Under the pieces are notes generated by a model. That model did not search any database, was not told where the DNA came from, and saw only the letters and a program-made list of their open reading frames with translations. The translations under genes and the position numbers were made by a program. Below, in pieces: positions 7,627 to 15,652 of a DNA stretch of 32,000 nucleotides. Origin of the DNA: Candidatus Methanofrustulum fimipullorum. GTDB lineage: Archaea; Halobacteriota; Methanosarcinia; Methanosarcinales; Methanosarcinaceae. Where the stretch lies: NCBI GenBank assembly GCA_012518265.1, contig JAAYST010000021.1, positions 1-32,000 on the forward strand, written 5' to 3'. The first letter of the stretch is position 1, and each line of letters begins with the position of its first letter.

Positions 7627-9009
7627 ATGGATTGTGATACTTCTTCAGAATATTGCGGGGAATATATACGCAACAGTGATATATTCATACGATTTGGGGA
7701 GCCGTATCCTGCATTTCAATGTGTATCGTGCAAAGGAGATTTTTTGGAATTTGATTTTTCAAATAATCGAATAAAGATTCGAGTAACCGGACCTGAAATT
7801 ACCGATTTTGTAAAATCTGAAAACGAACAATTTATTAAAGCCGGAATAGGAATTCGTATTTATTTAAAAATTCCAGGATTTTCCGATGATGTTTTGCAAA
7901 ATATCGAAAGTATTATAGAGAAAAAAATCGGGGATTTAATTTCGGAAATAAAAGGAGTATCGCATGAAAATTTGCGAGACGAAATAGTAATAAAGATTAG
8001 AAAGGCGGAAGTTGAAAACGGACTTTCTTTTGAAAAAATCGGATATTGCTTAAGTAAACTGATTTTAAGAGATTACCAATACGTCGATTTCGTATACACG
8101 GAAATAATAACCGACCAAATTTCAGTAAATAAAGAATTGGAAATTGTAAAGCGGATATATGAAAAAAGAGATAAAGCCGCAAAAATGCTTCGTGATGAAA
8201 ACGTTTCAAAATTTTATTTGTGTAAAATGTGCCAAAACGCAACGCCGGAACATGTATGTATTATTACGCCGGATCGGCCGTCCGTTTGCGGAACGATTCA
8301 TTGGCAGGAAGCACAGGCGTTTGAAACTGTTGACCCTTTCGGTTCGATTTCAGGGTTTGAAAAAGGAGAAATTCTAAATGAAAAATCGGGGGAATATAGC
8401 GGAATCAATGAAACTATGAAAACAGAAACGAAAGGCAAAATTAAAAAGCTTTCCCTTTATTCGCTTTATGAAAATCCGCACACGACAGGTGCTTCGGTAA
8501 ATATTATTGCATTTGCAATACCGGAATTAAACGGATTCGGAATAATTGACAGACAAACTGATTTTCCGACAGTAAACGGACTTACGTTTGAAAATTTAAA
8601 AGCTTCAGTTTCAGGCGGAATACAAATTCCGGGATTTATGGGAATCGGTGAGCCTTATTTGTATTCCCCGAACTTCTTTAAAAAAGAAGGAGGATGGAGA
8701 AACGTCGTTTGGATTTCATCAAAACTTAAAGAAAAAGTAATCGATAAAACGGAAAATCGGGAAATTGCGGAAATCATAAAAACAATCCCTACAGAAAACG
8801 ATGTTGCAGATATATATGAATTAAAAAAATATTACAAATTTGATGAAAGGGAAATTAAAGAAATCTATACGGAAAAACCGGAAAATATGAAAAAAATGAA
8901 AATAGAATTTTTAAGTATTCCGATTATCGAAAATTATGAAAATGAAAGCAAAAAACAAAATATTAGAAAAATAAAAATTCCGAATGTGAAAATTACAATA
9001 AAAAAATGA
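7627..9009 (+). CDS. cdhC: Acetyl-CoA decarbonylase/synthase beta-subunit (CdhC/ACS) homolog lacking the Cys-Gly-Cys Ni site
   Basis: Colinear with my memory of archaeal CdhC: FYLCKMCQNATPEHVCIITPDRPSVCGTIHW, GEYSGINE, YSPNFFKKEGGWRNVVWISSKLKEK, and a C-terminal KITIKK tail. GGTGAT SD at 7617-7622 precedes ATG 7627; the track ORF starts at GTG 7618. Confidence 0.85.
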   Translation: MDCDTSSEYCGEYIRNSDIFIRFGEPYPAFQCVSCKGDFLEFDFSNNRIKIRVTGPEITDFVKSENEQFIKAGIGIRIYLKIPGFSDDVLQNIESIIEKKIGDLISEIKGVSHENLRDEIVIKIRKAEVENGLSFEKIGYCLSKLILRDYQYVDFVYTEIITDQISVNKELEIVKRIYEKRDKAAKMLRDENVSKFYLCKMCQNATPEHVCIITPDRPSVCGTIHWQEAQAFETVDPFGSISGFEKGEILNEKSGEYSGINETMKTETKGKIKKLSLYSLYENPHTTGASVNIIAFAIPELNGFGIIDRQTDFPTVNGLTFENLKASVSGGIQIPGFMGIGEPYLYSPNFFKKEGGWRNVVWISSKLKEKVIDKTENREIAEIIKTIPTENDVADIYELKKYYKFDEREIKEIYTEKPENMKKMKIEFLSIPIIENYENESKKQNIRKIKIPNVKITIKK

Positions 9010-9158
9010 TAAAAAATAAAAAAATGATAAAAAATAAAAAAATGAGAAAAAAGAGAAAAAAAGAAAAATGAAAAAAGATGAAATGAAAATGAAAAAAAGA
9101 GATGAATTAAAAAAAATGAATGAAAAATCCATAAAGAAACGAAAAAGAGGAGCGGTAT

Positions 9159-10424
9159 ATGAAAAAACAGATTACGCTTGAATATATCGAGAAGTTGTTA
9201 TCGGAGTCGGGGTCGGAAATTACTGACGAAATTATATTTGGGGATGTCGTTTTTGATAAAAACGATATATCAAGTGACAAATATCCTAAAGCGGTTGAAT
9301 TTTTAGGAAAAGAAACGTATGAAGCCGCTCGAAAATTCGCTGAAATTGCAATTTCTTTAGGCTATGTTCCGGATTCCGATTTAATAGATTTTATTTACCC
9401 CGACAAACGTAAAAAAACATGCGGCGTTTTGAAAGTTAACGAACTTATACCGCAAGTATATAAAAGACAGGAAATAAAATATCAAAACAAAATCCAAGAA
9501 GTCGTATTGGGGGCTACGAAAGCGGATGGCGGGACAAGAAAAAATAAAATTGTGCTTGGCGGAGAAAAAAATGTTTCATATTTCCCGGGCGATGTTTCGT
9601 TTAACGGAAATTATGTATCTCTTGACGTTTTTGATATGCCGATAAGTCTTGCAAGAGCCGTTCGTGAAAGATACGAGGACGTTTTGGAAGATCCGGCGGA
9701 GTGGGCAAAAAAGGCCGTAAAAGAGTATAATGCAGATATGGTTACGCTTCATTTGATTTCAACAGATCCTTCAATAAAAGATACGTCTGCAAGAGAGGCT
9801 TCAAAAACGGTTGAAAACGTTTTGCAGGCGGTAGATGTTCCGATTATAATTGGCGGGTCTGGAAATCCAGAAAAAGACCCTGAAGTTTTGGAAAAAGCGG
9901 CGGAAGCGGCGGAAGGAGAAAGGGTTCTTTTGGCGTCTGCGAATTTGAATATGGATTTTCAAAGAATCGGAAAAGCGGCTGTCAAATACGGTCACGCCGT
10001 TCTTTCTTGGACTCAAATGGATATAAATTCACAAAAGGAATTGAACAGAAAACTGATACGTTTGTGCAATTTAAATCCTGATTCTTTAGTAATGGATCCG
10101 ACAACGGCCGCTCTTGGATACGGTCTTGACTATGCGTATTCGAATATGGAGAGAATCAGACTTTCCGGACTATCAGGCGACCTCGAACTTGCATTTCCGC
10201 TTTCTTCCGGAACCACAAACGCATGGGGCGCACGCGAAGCCTGGATGAAAGAATCCCCAAACCCACAAGATTCCGATTGGGGAATGAGAGAATACAGAGG
10301 ACCGTTATGGGAAGCGGTAACGGGATTAACACTTGCTCAAGCAGGAAACGACTTATTCATGATGATGCATCCGACTGCTGTGGCACTTTTAAAATCGATT
10401 ACGAAAGCATTAGGAGGAAAATGA
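9159..10424 (+). CDS. cdhD: Acetyl-CoA decarbonylase/synthase delta subunit (corrinoid Fe-S protein small subunit)
   Basis: Long blocks match my memory of CdhD: [94 protein letters not shown] lies 6 nt upstream. Confidence 0.9.
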   Translation: MKKQITLEYIEKLLSESGSEITDEIIFGDVVFDKNDISSDKYPKAVEFLGKETYEAARKFAEIAISLGYVPDSDLIDFIYPDKRKKTCGVLKVNELIPQVYKRQEIKYQNKIQEVVLGATKADGGTRKNKIVLGGEKNVSYFPGDVSFNGNYVSLDVFDMPISLARAVRERYEDVLEDPAEWAKKAVKEYNADMVTLHLISTDPSIKDTSAREASKTVENVLQAVDVPIIIGGSGNPEKDPEVLEKAAEAAEGERVLLASANLNMDFQRIGKAAVKYGHAVLSWTQMDINSQKELNRKLIRLCNLNPDSLVMDPTTAALGYGLDYAYSNMERIRLSGLSGDLELAFPLSSGTTNAWGAREAWMKESPNPQDSDWGMREYRGPLWEAVTGLTLAQAGNDLFMMMHPTAVALLKSITKALGGK

Positions 10425-10425
10425 A

Positions 10426-11961
10426 ATGAAAGCGACAAGTCCTCTCGATATTTATCCGTATCTGCCTGAAAATTCCGAAGAACTTTTCGACCATACGCGA
10501 ATGTCTCTTGCGCTTCAGCTTATTAATCGTACAATTTCGTTAAAAAGCATAAAAGATAAACTCGTAGAAATTGATCCAACCGAAAAATCGTATAAAGCAC
10601 TTGAAAAATTGTTAGCACCCGCAATCATAGAAGTTTTAATAGGGGTAGGAGAAAACCAAGTAACAATAGGCGGAGACGACGTATTGTTCAGACACAACAA
10701 AACGTTTTATAATAAAACGCCGATTGCAATTTCGATTTCCGATTTGATGTCGAAAGAAGATATGGAAAAAAAAGTTGAAGAAATCGTATCTTTTGAAAAG
10801 TTTTACATCGGAAAAACGATGAAAATAGAAATGATTTCCATATTTTGTGAATCAAACGACCCGGATACATTTGAAAAAGCAACAAAAATAGTAAACGAAA
10901 CCCTTGAAAAAAGCAAAAGAGATCTGCCTCTTGTTTTGTATTCTTACAATCCAAAAGCAATAAGAAAAGCCTTGGAAATTGTAGGCTGCAAAAAACCGCT
11001 AATTTACGGTGCAAATACAGAAAATTGGAGAGAAATGGCAGCTCTCGCACTTGAATTTGAAGTCCCTGTTACAGTTTGCGGAAACGGAGATCTTGATTTG
11101 TTGCAATCGCTTGCTGTTACTTTTGAGTTTAACGGGATTTCCGATATAGTACTTGACCCCGGATTTGAAAATACAAAAGAAGGATTTAAAAATACATTTC
11201 AAAATTACGTATCACTTAGAATTTCAGGAATTAACGGCGATACAAATATAAATTATCCGACCGTATTTTTCGGAAAAATAAATAATTCAAAACAAACAAA
11301 TAAAACAGAACAAATAAAGCAAACAAATCAAACAGAACAAAAAAACAATTTAAAACAAACAAACGATTCTGAAAAATTATTTTCGGAAATTCCTGAATTT
11401 TTGTTACCTGACGAAAACGATATTAAGAATTCTATGTTTGAAACGGTACTCTCGTCTGTCATGACTGTTCGTTATGCCGATTTATTGATTTTGAATTACT
11501 CTTATCCTCATGAGATATTGCCGCTTATTCATTTAGCCGACACTATGTATACGGACCCGAGAGTTCCGGCTTCAGTTACTCCCGGTTTGTACGAAGTAGG
11601 AAATCCTGATGACGAGTCACCCGTTTTATTTACTACGAATTTCGCACTCACATTTCACACAGTAGAAAGCGACCTTTCTTCACAAAACATCGATTGTTAC
11701 TTAATTGCGGTAAACACAGGCGGACTCGGAGTTGAAGCGGCCGCCGCCGGCGGACAACTTACGGCTGAAACTGTTAAAAAAGAATTTGAAAATGCAAACT
11801 TCGACATTTCAAAAACAAAATACAAAACAATAATTATCCCGGGGCTTGCCGCAAGAATCCAAGGAGAACTTGAAATATTGTTAAATGTAAAAGTTTTGGT
11901 CGGACCTACAGATTCAGGAAAGCTTCCGCTGTGGCTTGAAACAAATTTTAACAAAAAATGA
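10426..11961 (+). CDS. cdhE: Acetyl-CoA decarbonylase/synthase gamma-subunit (CdhE) homolog lacking the N-terminal Fe-S cysteines, with a low-complexity insertion
   Basis: SPLDIYPYLP start, VTIGGDDVLFRH, TDPRVPASV, SPVLFTTNFALTFHTVESDL, GVEAAAAGGQLTAE and IIPGLAARIQGE all resemble CdhE/AcsC. The ATG lies 1 nt after the cdhD TGA, and AGGAGG sits inside the cdhD 3' end. Confidence 0.85.
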   Translation: MKATSPLDIYPYLPENSEELFDHTRMSLALQLINRTISLKSIKDKLVEIDPTEKSYKALEKLLAPAIIEVLIGVGENQVTIGGDDVLFRHNKTFYNKTPIAISISDLMSKEDMEKKVEEIVSFEKFYIGKTMKIEMISIFCESNDPDTFEKATKIVNETLEKSKRDLPLVLYSYNPKAIRKALEIVGCKKPLIYGANTENWREMAALALEFEVPVTVCGNGDLDLLQSLAVTFEFNGISDIVLDPGFENTKEGFKNTFQNYVSLRISGINGDTNINYPTVFFGKINNSKQTNKTEQIKQTNQTEQKNNLKQTNDSEKLFSEIPEFLLPDENDIKNSMFETVLSSVMTVRYADLLILNYSYPHEILPLIHLADTMYTDPRVPASVTPGLYEVGNPDDESPVLFTTNFALTFHTVESDLSSQNIDCYLIAVNTGGLGVEAAAAGGQLTAETVKKEFENANFDISKTKYKTIIIPGLAARIQGELEILLNVKVLVGPTDSGKLPLWLETNFNKK

Positions 11962-12030
11962 TAAAAAATAAAAATATTTATGAAAAAAATACAATATGTT
12001 TATATACAACAGTGAATATCGTATTAATTG

Positions 12031-12058
12031 CAGTCATCATATCATCATAAGATGACTG
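12031..12058. repeat. Inverted repeat (8-bp stem CAGTCATC/GATGACTG, 12-nt loop) between cdhE and the secreted-protein gene
   Basis: Read directly. It lies 27 nt upstream of ATG 12085. Its function (terminator or 5'-UTR element) is unresolved. Confidence 0.5.
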
Positions 12059-12127
12059 ATATTAACTAATAAAGGAGAAAAGTAATGAAAAAAAATACCA
12101 AGTAAGTTAATTCCCATACTGGTTATT

Positions 12128-12964
12128 TTGACTCTAGTGTTTAGTTCAACTATAATGGTAAGTACTGCTGAACAAAACACAGACGAGACAGAAGGACGCT
12201 GTTTGTCAGAATTAAAATTAGATTTTGATATTATGAGCGTTAATGCAGAAAATATGTCAATATGGGAAAGAGCAAAAATTGCAGAGACTTTAAGACTTGC
12301 GATTGAAAAAGAAACGAGAAAAGATATTGAAAACAGTCATAGAATGACAGAAGAATCTTATGAAATAGCACCATGTGCCTCACAACCTGTATATCTGGGT
12401 GCAAATACTTCATTTAATGCGGCGGATTATAGAAATAGTGGAACAAGTAAGTGGGGAATCTCTAAAAAAGTAGTGAACTCTTCAGCAGCCACATATAATA
12501 ATACGGTCCAAACATTTGCTTTTACATACCCAGGTGTTGGTGGCTGTAGTGCATGGGCATATGTAGGTCAAAAATTTCATATAATTGGCCAGGGATCTCA
12601 AACAGCAAACATTAGAATGGTTGGATCATACAATGGTACTACTGAAGCTCTGGGGGGTGGAACAGGTAACACTAAAATAACCTTAGTTGTAAAAGACCTA
12701 ACTACAGGAACAGCATATACAGAAGAGATATATGATGAGACAGTAAGTGCTTTAGGTGTTAAGCAAGTAAAAAGAACATTTAATTCCGGAAAAAGTGTTA
12801 TGTTACAAGCGGGGCATGAATATGTAGCGTATATACTGTTAGAAGGTTCAGGAGCAGCTGTTACACTAGGAGAAGGTGGATCTGATTTTGGACCATGGGA
12901 TTATGGACCTTATGACCCGCCGAACGAAGGAGCAAGATATTCAAGAATTTATATAGATTTTTGA
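12128..12964 (+). CDS. Secreted protein of unknown function; the 5' end is ambiguous (likely true start ATG 12085, out of frame across an A8 tract)
   Basis: 278-aa ORF from an artefactual-looking TTG start. The frame stays open back to 12089 and encodes KKIPSKLIPILVILTLVFSSTIMVSTAEQ, a signal peptide missing its Met. GGAG plus ATG sit at 12074-12087, one nucleotide out of frame. Confidence 0.7.
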   Translation: MTLVFSSTIMVSTAEQNTDETEGRCLSELKLDFDIMSVNAENMSIWERAKIAETLRLAIEKETRKDIENSHRMTEESYEIAPCASQPVYLGANTSFNAADYRNSGTSKWGISKKVVNSSAATYNNTVQTFAFTYPGVGGCSAWAYVGQKFHIIGQGSQTANIRMVGSYNGTTEALGGGTGNTKITLVVKDLTTGTAYTEEIYDETVSALGVKQVKRTFNSGKSVMLQAGHEYVAYILLEGSGAAVTLGEGGSDFGPWDYGPYDPPNEGARYSRIYIDF

Positions 12965-12986
12965 AAATTTATGACTGAAATAAAAC

Positions 12987-13025
12987 ATTGGCAATAAAAA
13001 TTAATTCTTTTATTGACAATTTTTT
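12987..13025 (+). terminator. Hairpin plus T5 downstream of the secreted-protein gene
   Basis: ATTGGCAATAAAA (12987-12999) pairs with TTTTATTGACAAT (13008-13020) with one mismatch, followed by TTTTT. Confidence 0.5.
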
Positions 13026-13104
13026 AGACGAATAAACTTTATTACTTTTAAATTAATTTTTTAATTACTTAAATTTAATAATAAAATATCGGACAGTTGT
13101 ATTC

Positions 13105-13800
13105 ATGAAACCATTTCAAAAAAAATATAATTATTTATATCCGCCTATAATATTTGTCATTCTATCATTGTTTGCACAAATATTCGGGTATTTTAATCCG
13201 GAATTTTTGAATTCTTACATTAACTTATTTATACAAGGAACTCTTGTGTGGTTTTTAGCTCCTTTTACATTTTTGACTGTTATTTATAAATTAGACAAGT
13301 TTGAAAGCATAAAACTAAAGAAAGTTAAAAAAGACATTTTAACAGTTTTAAAATTTACATTAATTATAGTTGTTTTAACTGTTTTGATTTTTATAATTAT
13401 AAAATATATTTCAAAAGATAATTACAGTCCGGGATATTTGGAACAAATCGCATACAGCGACCCGTTGAATTTCGTACTCGGATTAATTGCTCTTTTTTGG
13501 GTTTTGGCGGGTGCGGTTGCCGTTAAATTGACCGTATTCATTTTAACATATAAAGATACAAAATATTCAGATTTGAATAAAAACAGATATTGGATTTCGT
13601 GGGGAATTTCGGCCGCCGTATTTGCGCTTCTTAATTTGCAATACTTTAATTATAATTTGATTAATTGTATTTTGTTAATCGGAATTCCTACAATAATTTA
13701 CGGCTTTTTGTGGAAAGTTGAAAATAAACCTGAATTATTGTGGGCGGTAAATCTTTTACACGATTTCATACTCGTATTTTTAATAAAATTTTTAGTCTAA
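13105..13800 (+). CDS. Hypothetical polytopic membrane protein (about 6 predicted TM helices)
   Basis: 231-aa ORF from ATG with alternating long hydrophobic stretches and K/D-rich loops. I recognise no family motif. Confidence 0.7.
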   Translation: MKPFQKKYNYLYPPIIFVILSLFAQIFGYFNPEFLNSYINLFIQGTLVWFLAPFTFLTVIYKLDKFESIKLKKVKKDILTVLKFTLIIVVLTVLIFIIIKYISKDNYSPGYLEQIAYSDPLNFVLGLIALFWVLAGAVAVKLTVFILTYKDTKYSDLNKNRYWISWGISAAVFALLNLQYFNYNLINCILLIGIPTIIYGFLWKVENKPELLWAVNLLHDFILVFLIKFLV

Positions 13801-13840
13801 AAACATCTTTTTACTAAAAACTTTTTACAGAACATTTTCC

Positions 13841-13975
13841 GTTTTTTAAGCTTTTGTTTTTTAAGCTTTTGTTTTTTAATCGTTTTTTATAAAAAATATA
13901 TTTAAAGGCGAAAATCGCCTTTAAATATTATAATTAAAAAGCTTAAAACTTAAAAAACTAAAAAGCTTTAGCTTT
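13841..13975. terminator. Bidirectional termination zone: T-run repeats, a central 13-bp hairpin, and mirrored A-run repeats
   Basis: GTTTTTTAAGCTTTT occurs x2.5 at 13841-13880. A perfect hairpin ATATTTAAAGGCG / CGCCTTTAAATAT spans 13898-13928. AAAAAGCTT-type mirror copies follow to about 13975. The zone lies between convergent genes (13105..13800 + and frhB -). Confidence 0.55.
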
Positions 13976-13989
13976 TTATTTCTTTTCGG

Positions 13990-14853
13990 TTAGAGAAGTT
14001 TCGGAACGGGAAGTCCGTTTTCTTCACGGATTCTAATTGTATCCAAGCTTTTCTCTTTTTTGCCGTTTGACAATTTTTCAAGTAACGGAATACCGCCTTT
14101 TCCTTCCAGGTCGGCCGGTTGGGTTTCAAGTTTTCCGTCGGCAATCATTTTGTCAATGAATTCTTTTCCTCTTTTGGTTCTTATAATAACTGTGCTCCAG
14201 CCGTCAGGAGATCCTACTGAACCGGTTGAGAAATCTGCCAATTCCGATGTGTAATCGGTACAAACGTGGCATGATTTTTGCTCAAATATGTGCGTTTCTT
14301 TGAGCGGAACGGTAATCGGTTCGCTTCCGTCTTTTTTATAGACCCAAAGTTTTCCTTTTCCTATATCTGTTTTTAAAACGTCGTCCATTGAAACGTTTGC
14401 GTATTCTTCAATCAAAATTTTCATTGACTGATAGTTGAAGTTTTCCATGCAGAAAATTCCGATAATAAGACCGACTTTATCGCCTACGTGACGGAATCCC
14501 AACGGGTATTTAATTGCTTTTCTAAGCGCAACCAATTGGCATGGTGTTCCGACAAATCCGACTTTTTCAAGACCGTGTTCTCTTACCGCACTTTTTAATA
14601 ATGCAACGTTCGGGCTTATGGAATATTTAGTTCCTCTTGCTTTTAAAATATCTTCTTTTGTTATTGCAACAACAGGAGAAGGGTTGTGTTTATCGGGCGC
14701 GGACGCAACAATACTTCCGTCCAAAATTCCGTTTTCAATTCCGTAAATAAAAGCGGCAGATACAATTCCTCCGTCCTGAGATCTGCTTCTTACATCTGCA
14801 TCTGTTGCTCTTGCTGTTATGATTTCCATATAATTACCAAGCGATTTTGACAT
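13990..14853 (-). CDS. frhB: F420-reducing hydrogenase beta subunit
   Basis: LGNYMEIITARATD...QDGGIVSA N-terminus, GTPCQ motif and a C-terminal CHVCTDYT cluster are typical of FrhB. I prefer ATG 14853, which has GAGGGTGG just upstream. The track start ATG 14868 overlaps the frhG stop (ATGA). Confidence 0.9.
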   Translation of the reverse strand: MSKSLGNYMEIITARATDADVRSRSQDGGIVSAAFIYGIENGILDGSIVASAPDKHNPSPVVAITKEDILKARGTKYSISPNVALLKSAVREHGLEKVGFVGTPCQLVALRKAIKYPLGFRHVGDKVGLIIGIFCMENFNYQSMKILIEEYANVSMDDVLKTDIGKGKLWVYKKDGSEPITVPLKETHIFEQKSCHVCTDYTSELADFSTGSVGSPDGWSTVIIRTKRGKEFIDKMIADGKLETQPADLEGKGGIPLLEKLSNGKKEKSLDTIRIREENGLPVPKLL

Positions 14854-14864
14854 AATTTCCACCC

Positions 14865-15593
14865 TCATTCAATATTGAAAACAGTTGATGAAACCGATAT
14901 TCTTGGACATTGGAATGTGCAAATTCCGCAGTTTATACAAAGATCCATATCGAAATTCGGTTTTCCGTCGTACATTTTAATCGCTCTTGTTTGACATGCG
15001 GCCGCACAAGTTCCGCAGCCCATGCACAAGCTTTGGCTGATTACACGTCTTGCCAAATCAAGTCCGTTTGTATCCATGAACTCTTCCGCAAATACGGCAT
15101 ACGGCAACATATAGTCTGTGTCGCCTTCGAGTGCTGCAAATATGAAATTAAGAATTCCTTCAATTGCAGGAGCACAACCGGGCAAAGCAAAGTCTACTTT
15201 TATAACTTTACCGATCGGCAAGAAAGCCGTGTGTGTCGGTTGCGGGTCTTGTCCACCGCGGCTGAAACTGTTAATTCCGCCTGTTGCGGCACAAGATCCG
15301 AAAGCAACAACGATATTTGATTTTTCACGAACTTCTTTTAAAAGAGCCATTGAATGTTCATCATCGATACATACACTTCCTTCAACAAGAGCAATATCGA
15401 CATTATCGGGATATACTCTTTCGATAGAAATTTTTTCATCCGTTTCAGTAACTACTGTTTTTTCATCAGCAAGTGTTATGCTGTATACTAAATCGATTGC
15501 CTCTAAAATTTCGGGCAATTTTTCATATGAGTCCGCAAGCGAGATTAAACATCCCGTACATGCGCTCAAATGTACATGTGCTACTCTTACCAC
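14865..15593 (-). CDS. frhG: F420-reducing hydrogenase gamma (small) subunit
   Basis: N-terminal VAHVHLSACTGCLISL, plus two C-terminal ferredoxin motifs (CMGCGTCAAAC and CINCGICTFQCP). GTG start with AGGTGAT 3 nt upstream. Confidence 0.9.
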   Translation of the reverse strand: MVRVAHVHLSACTGCLISLADSYEKLPEILEAIDLVYSITLADEKTVVTETDEKISIERVYPDNVDIALVEGSVCIDDEHSMALLKEVREKSNIVVAFGSCAATGGINSFSRGGQDPQPTHTAFLPIGKVIKVDFALPGCAPAIEGILNFIFAALEGDTDYMLPYAVFAEEFMDTNGLDLARRVISQSLCMGCGTCAAACQTRAIKMYDGKPNFDMDLCINCGICTFQCPRISVSSTVFNIE

Positions 15594-15652
15594 ATTATCA
15601 CCTAACCAAATTTTCCAAACTTACTTGTAACAGTACTAAAAATTAAACAGGT

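Noticed and set aside
8911-9132. 73-aa minus-strand F/S-rich ORF between cdhC and cdhD
   Set aside because: It is the antisense reading of the polypurine spacer (poly-Phe/Ser) and is not a plausible protein.
14910-15630. Plus-strand ORFs 14910..15320 and 15118..15630 opposite frhG
   Set aside because: They are antisense to a well-supported hydrogenase subunit and have no SD or motifs.
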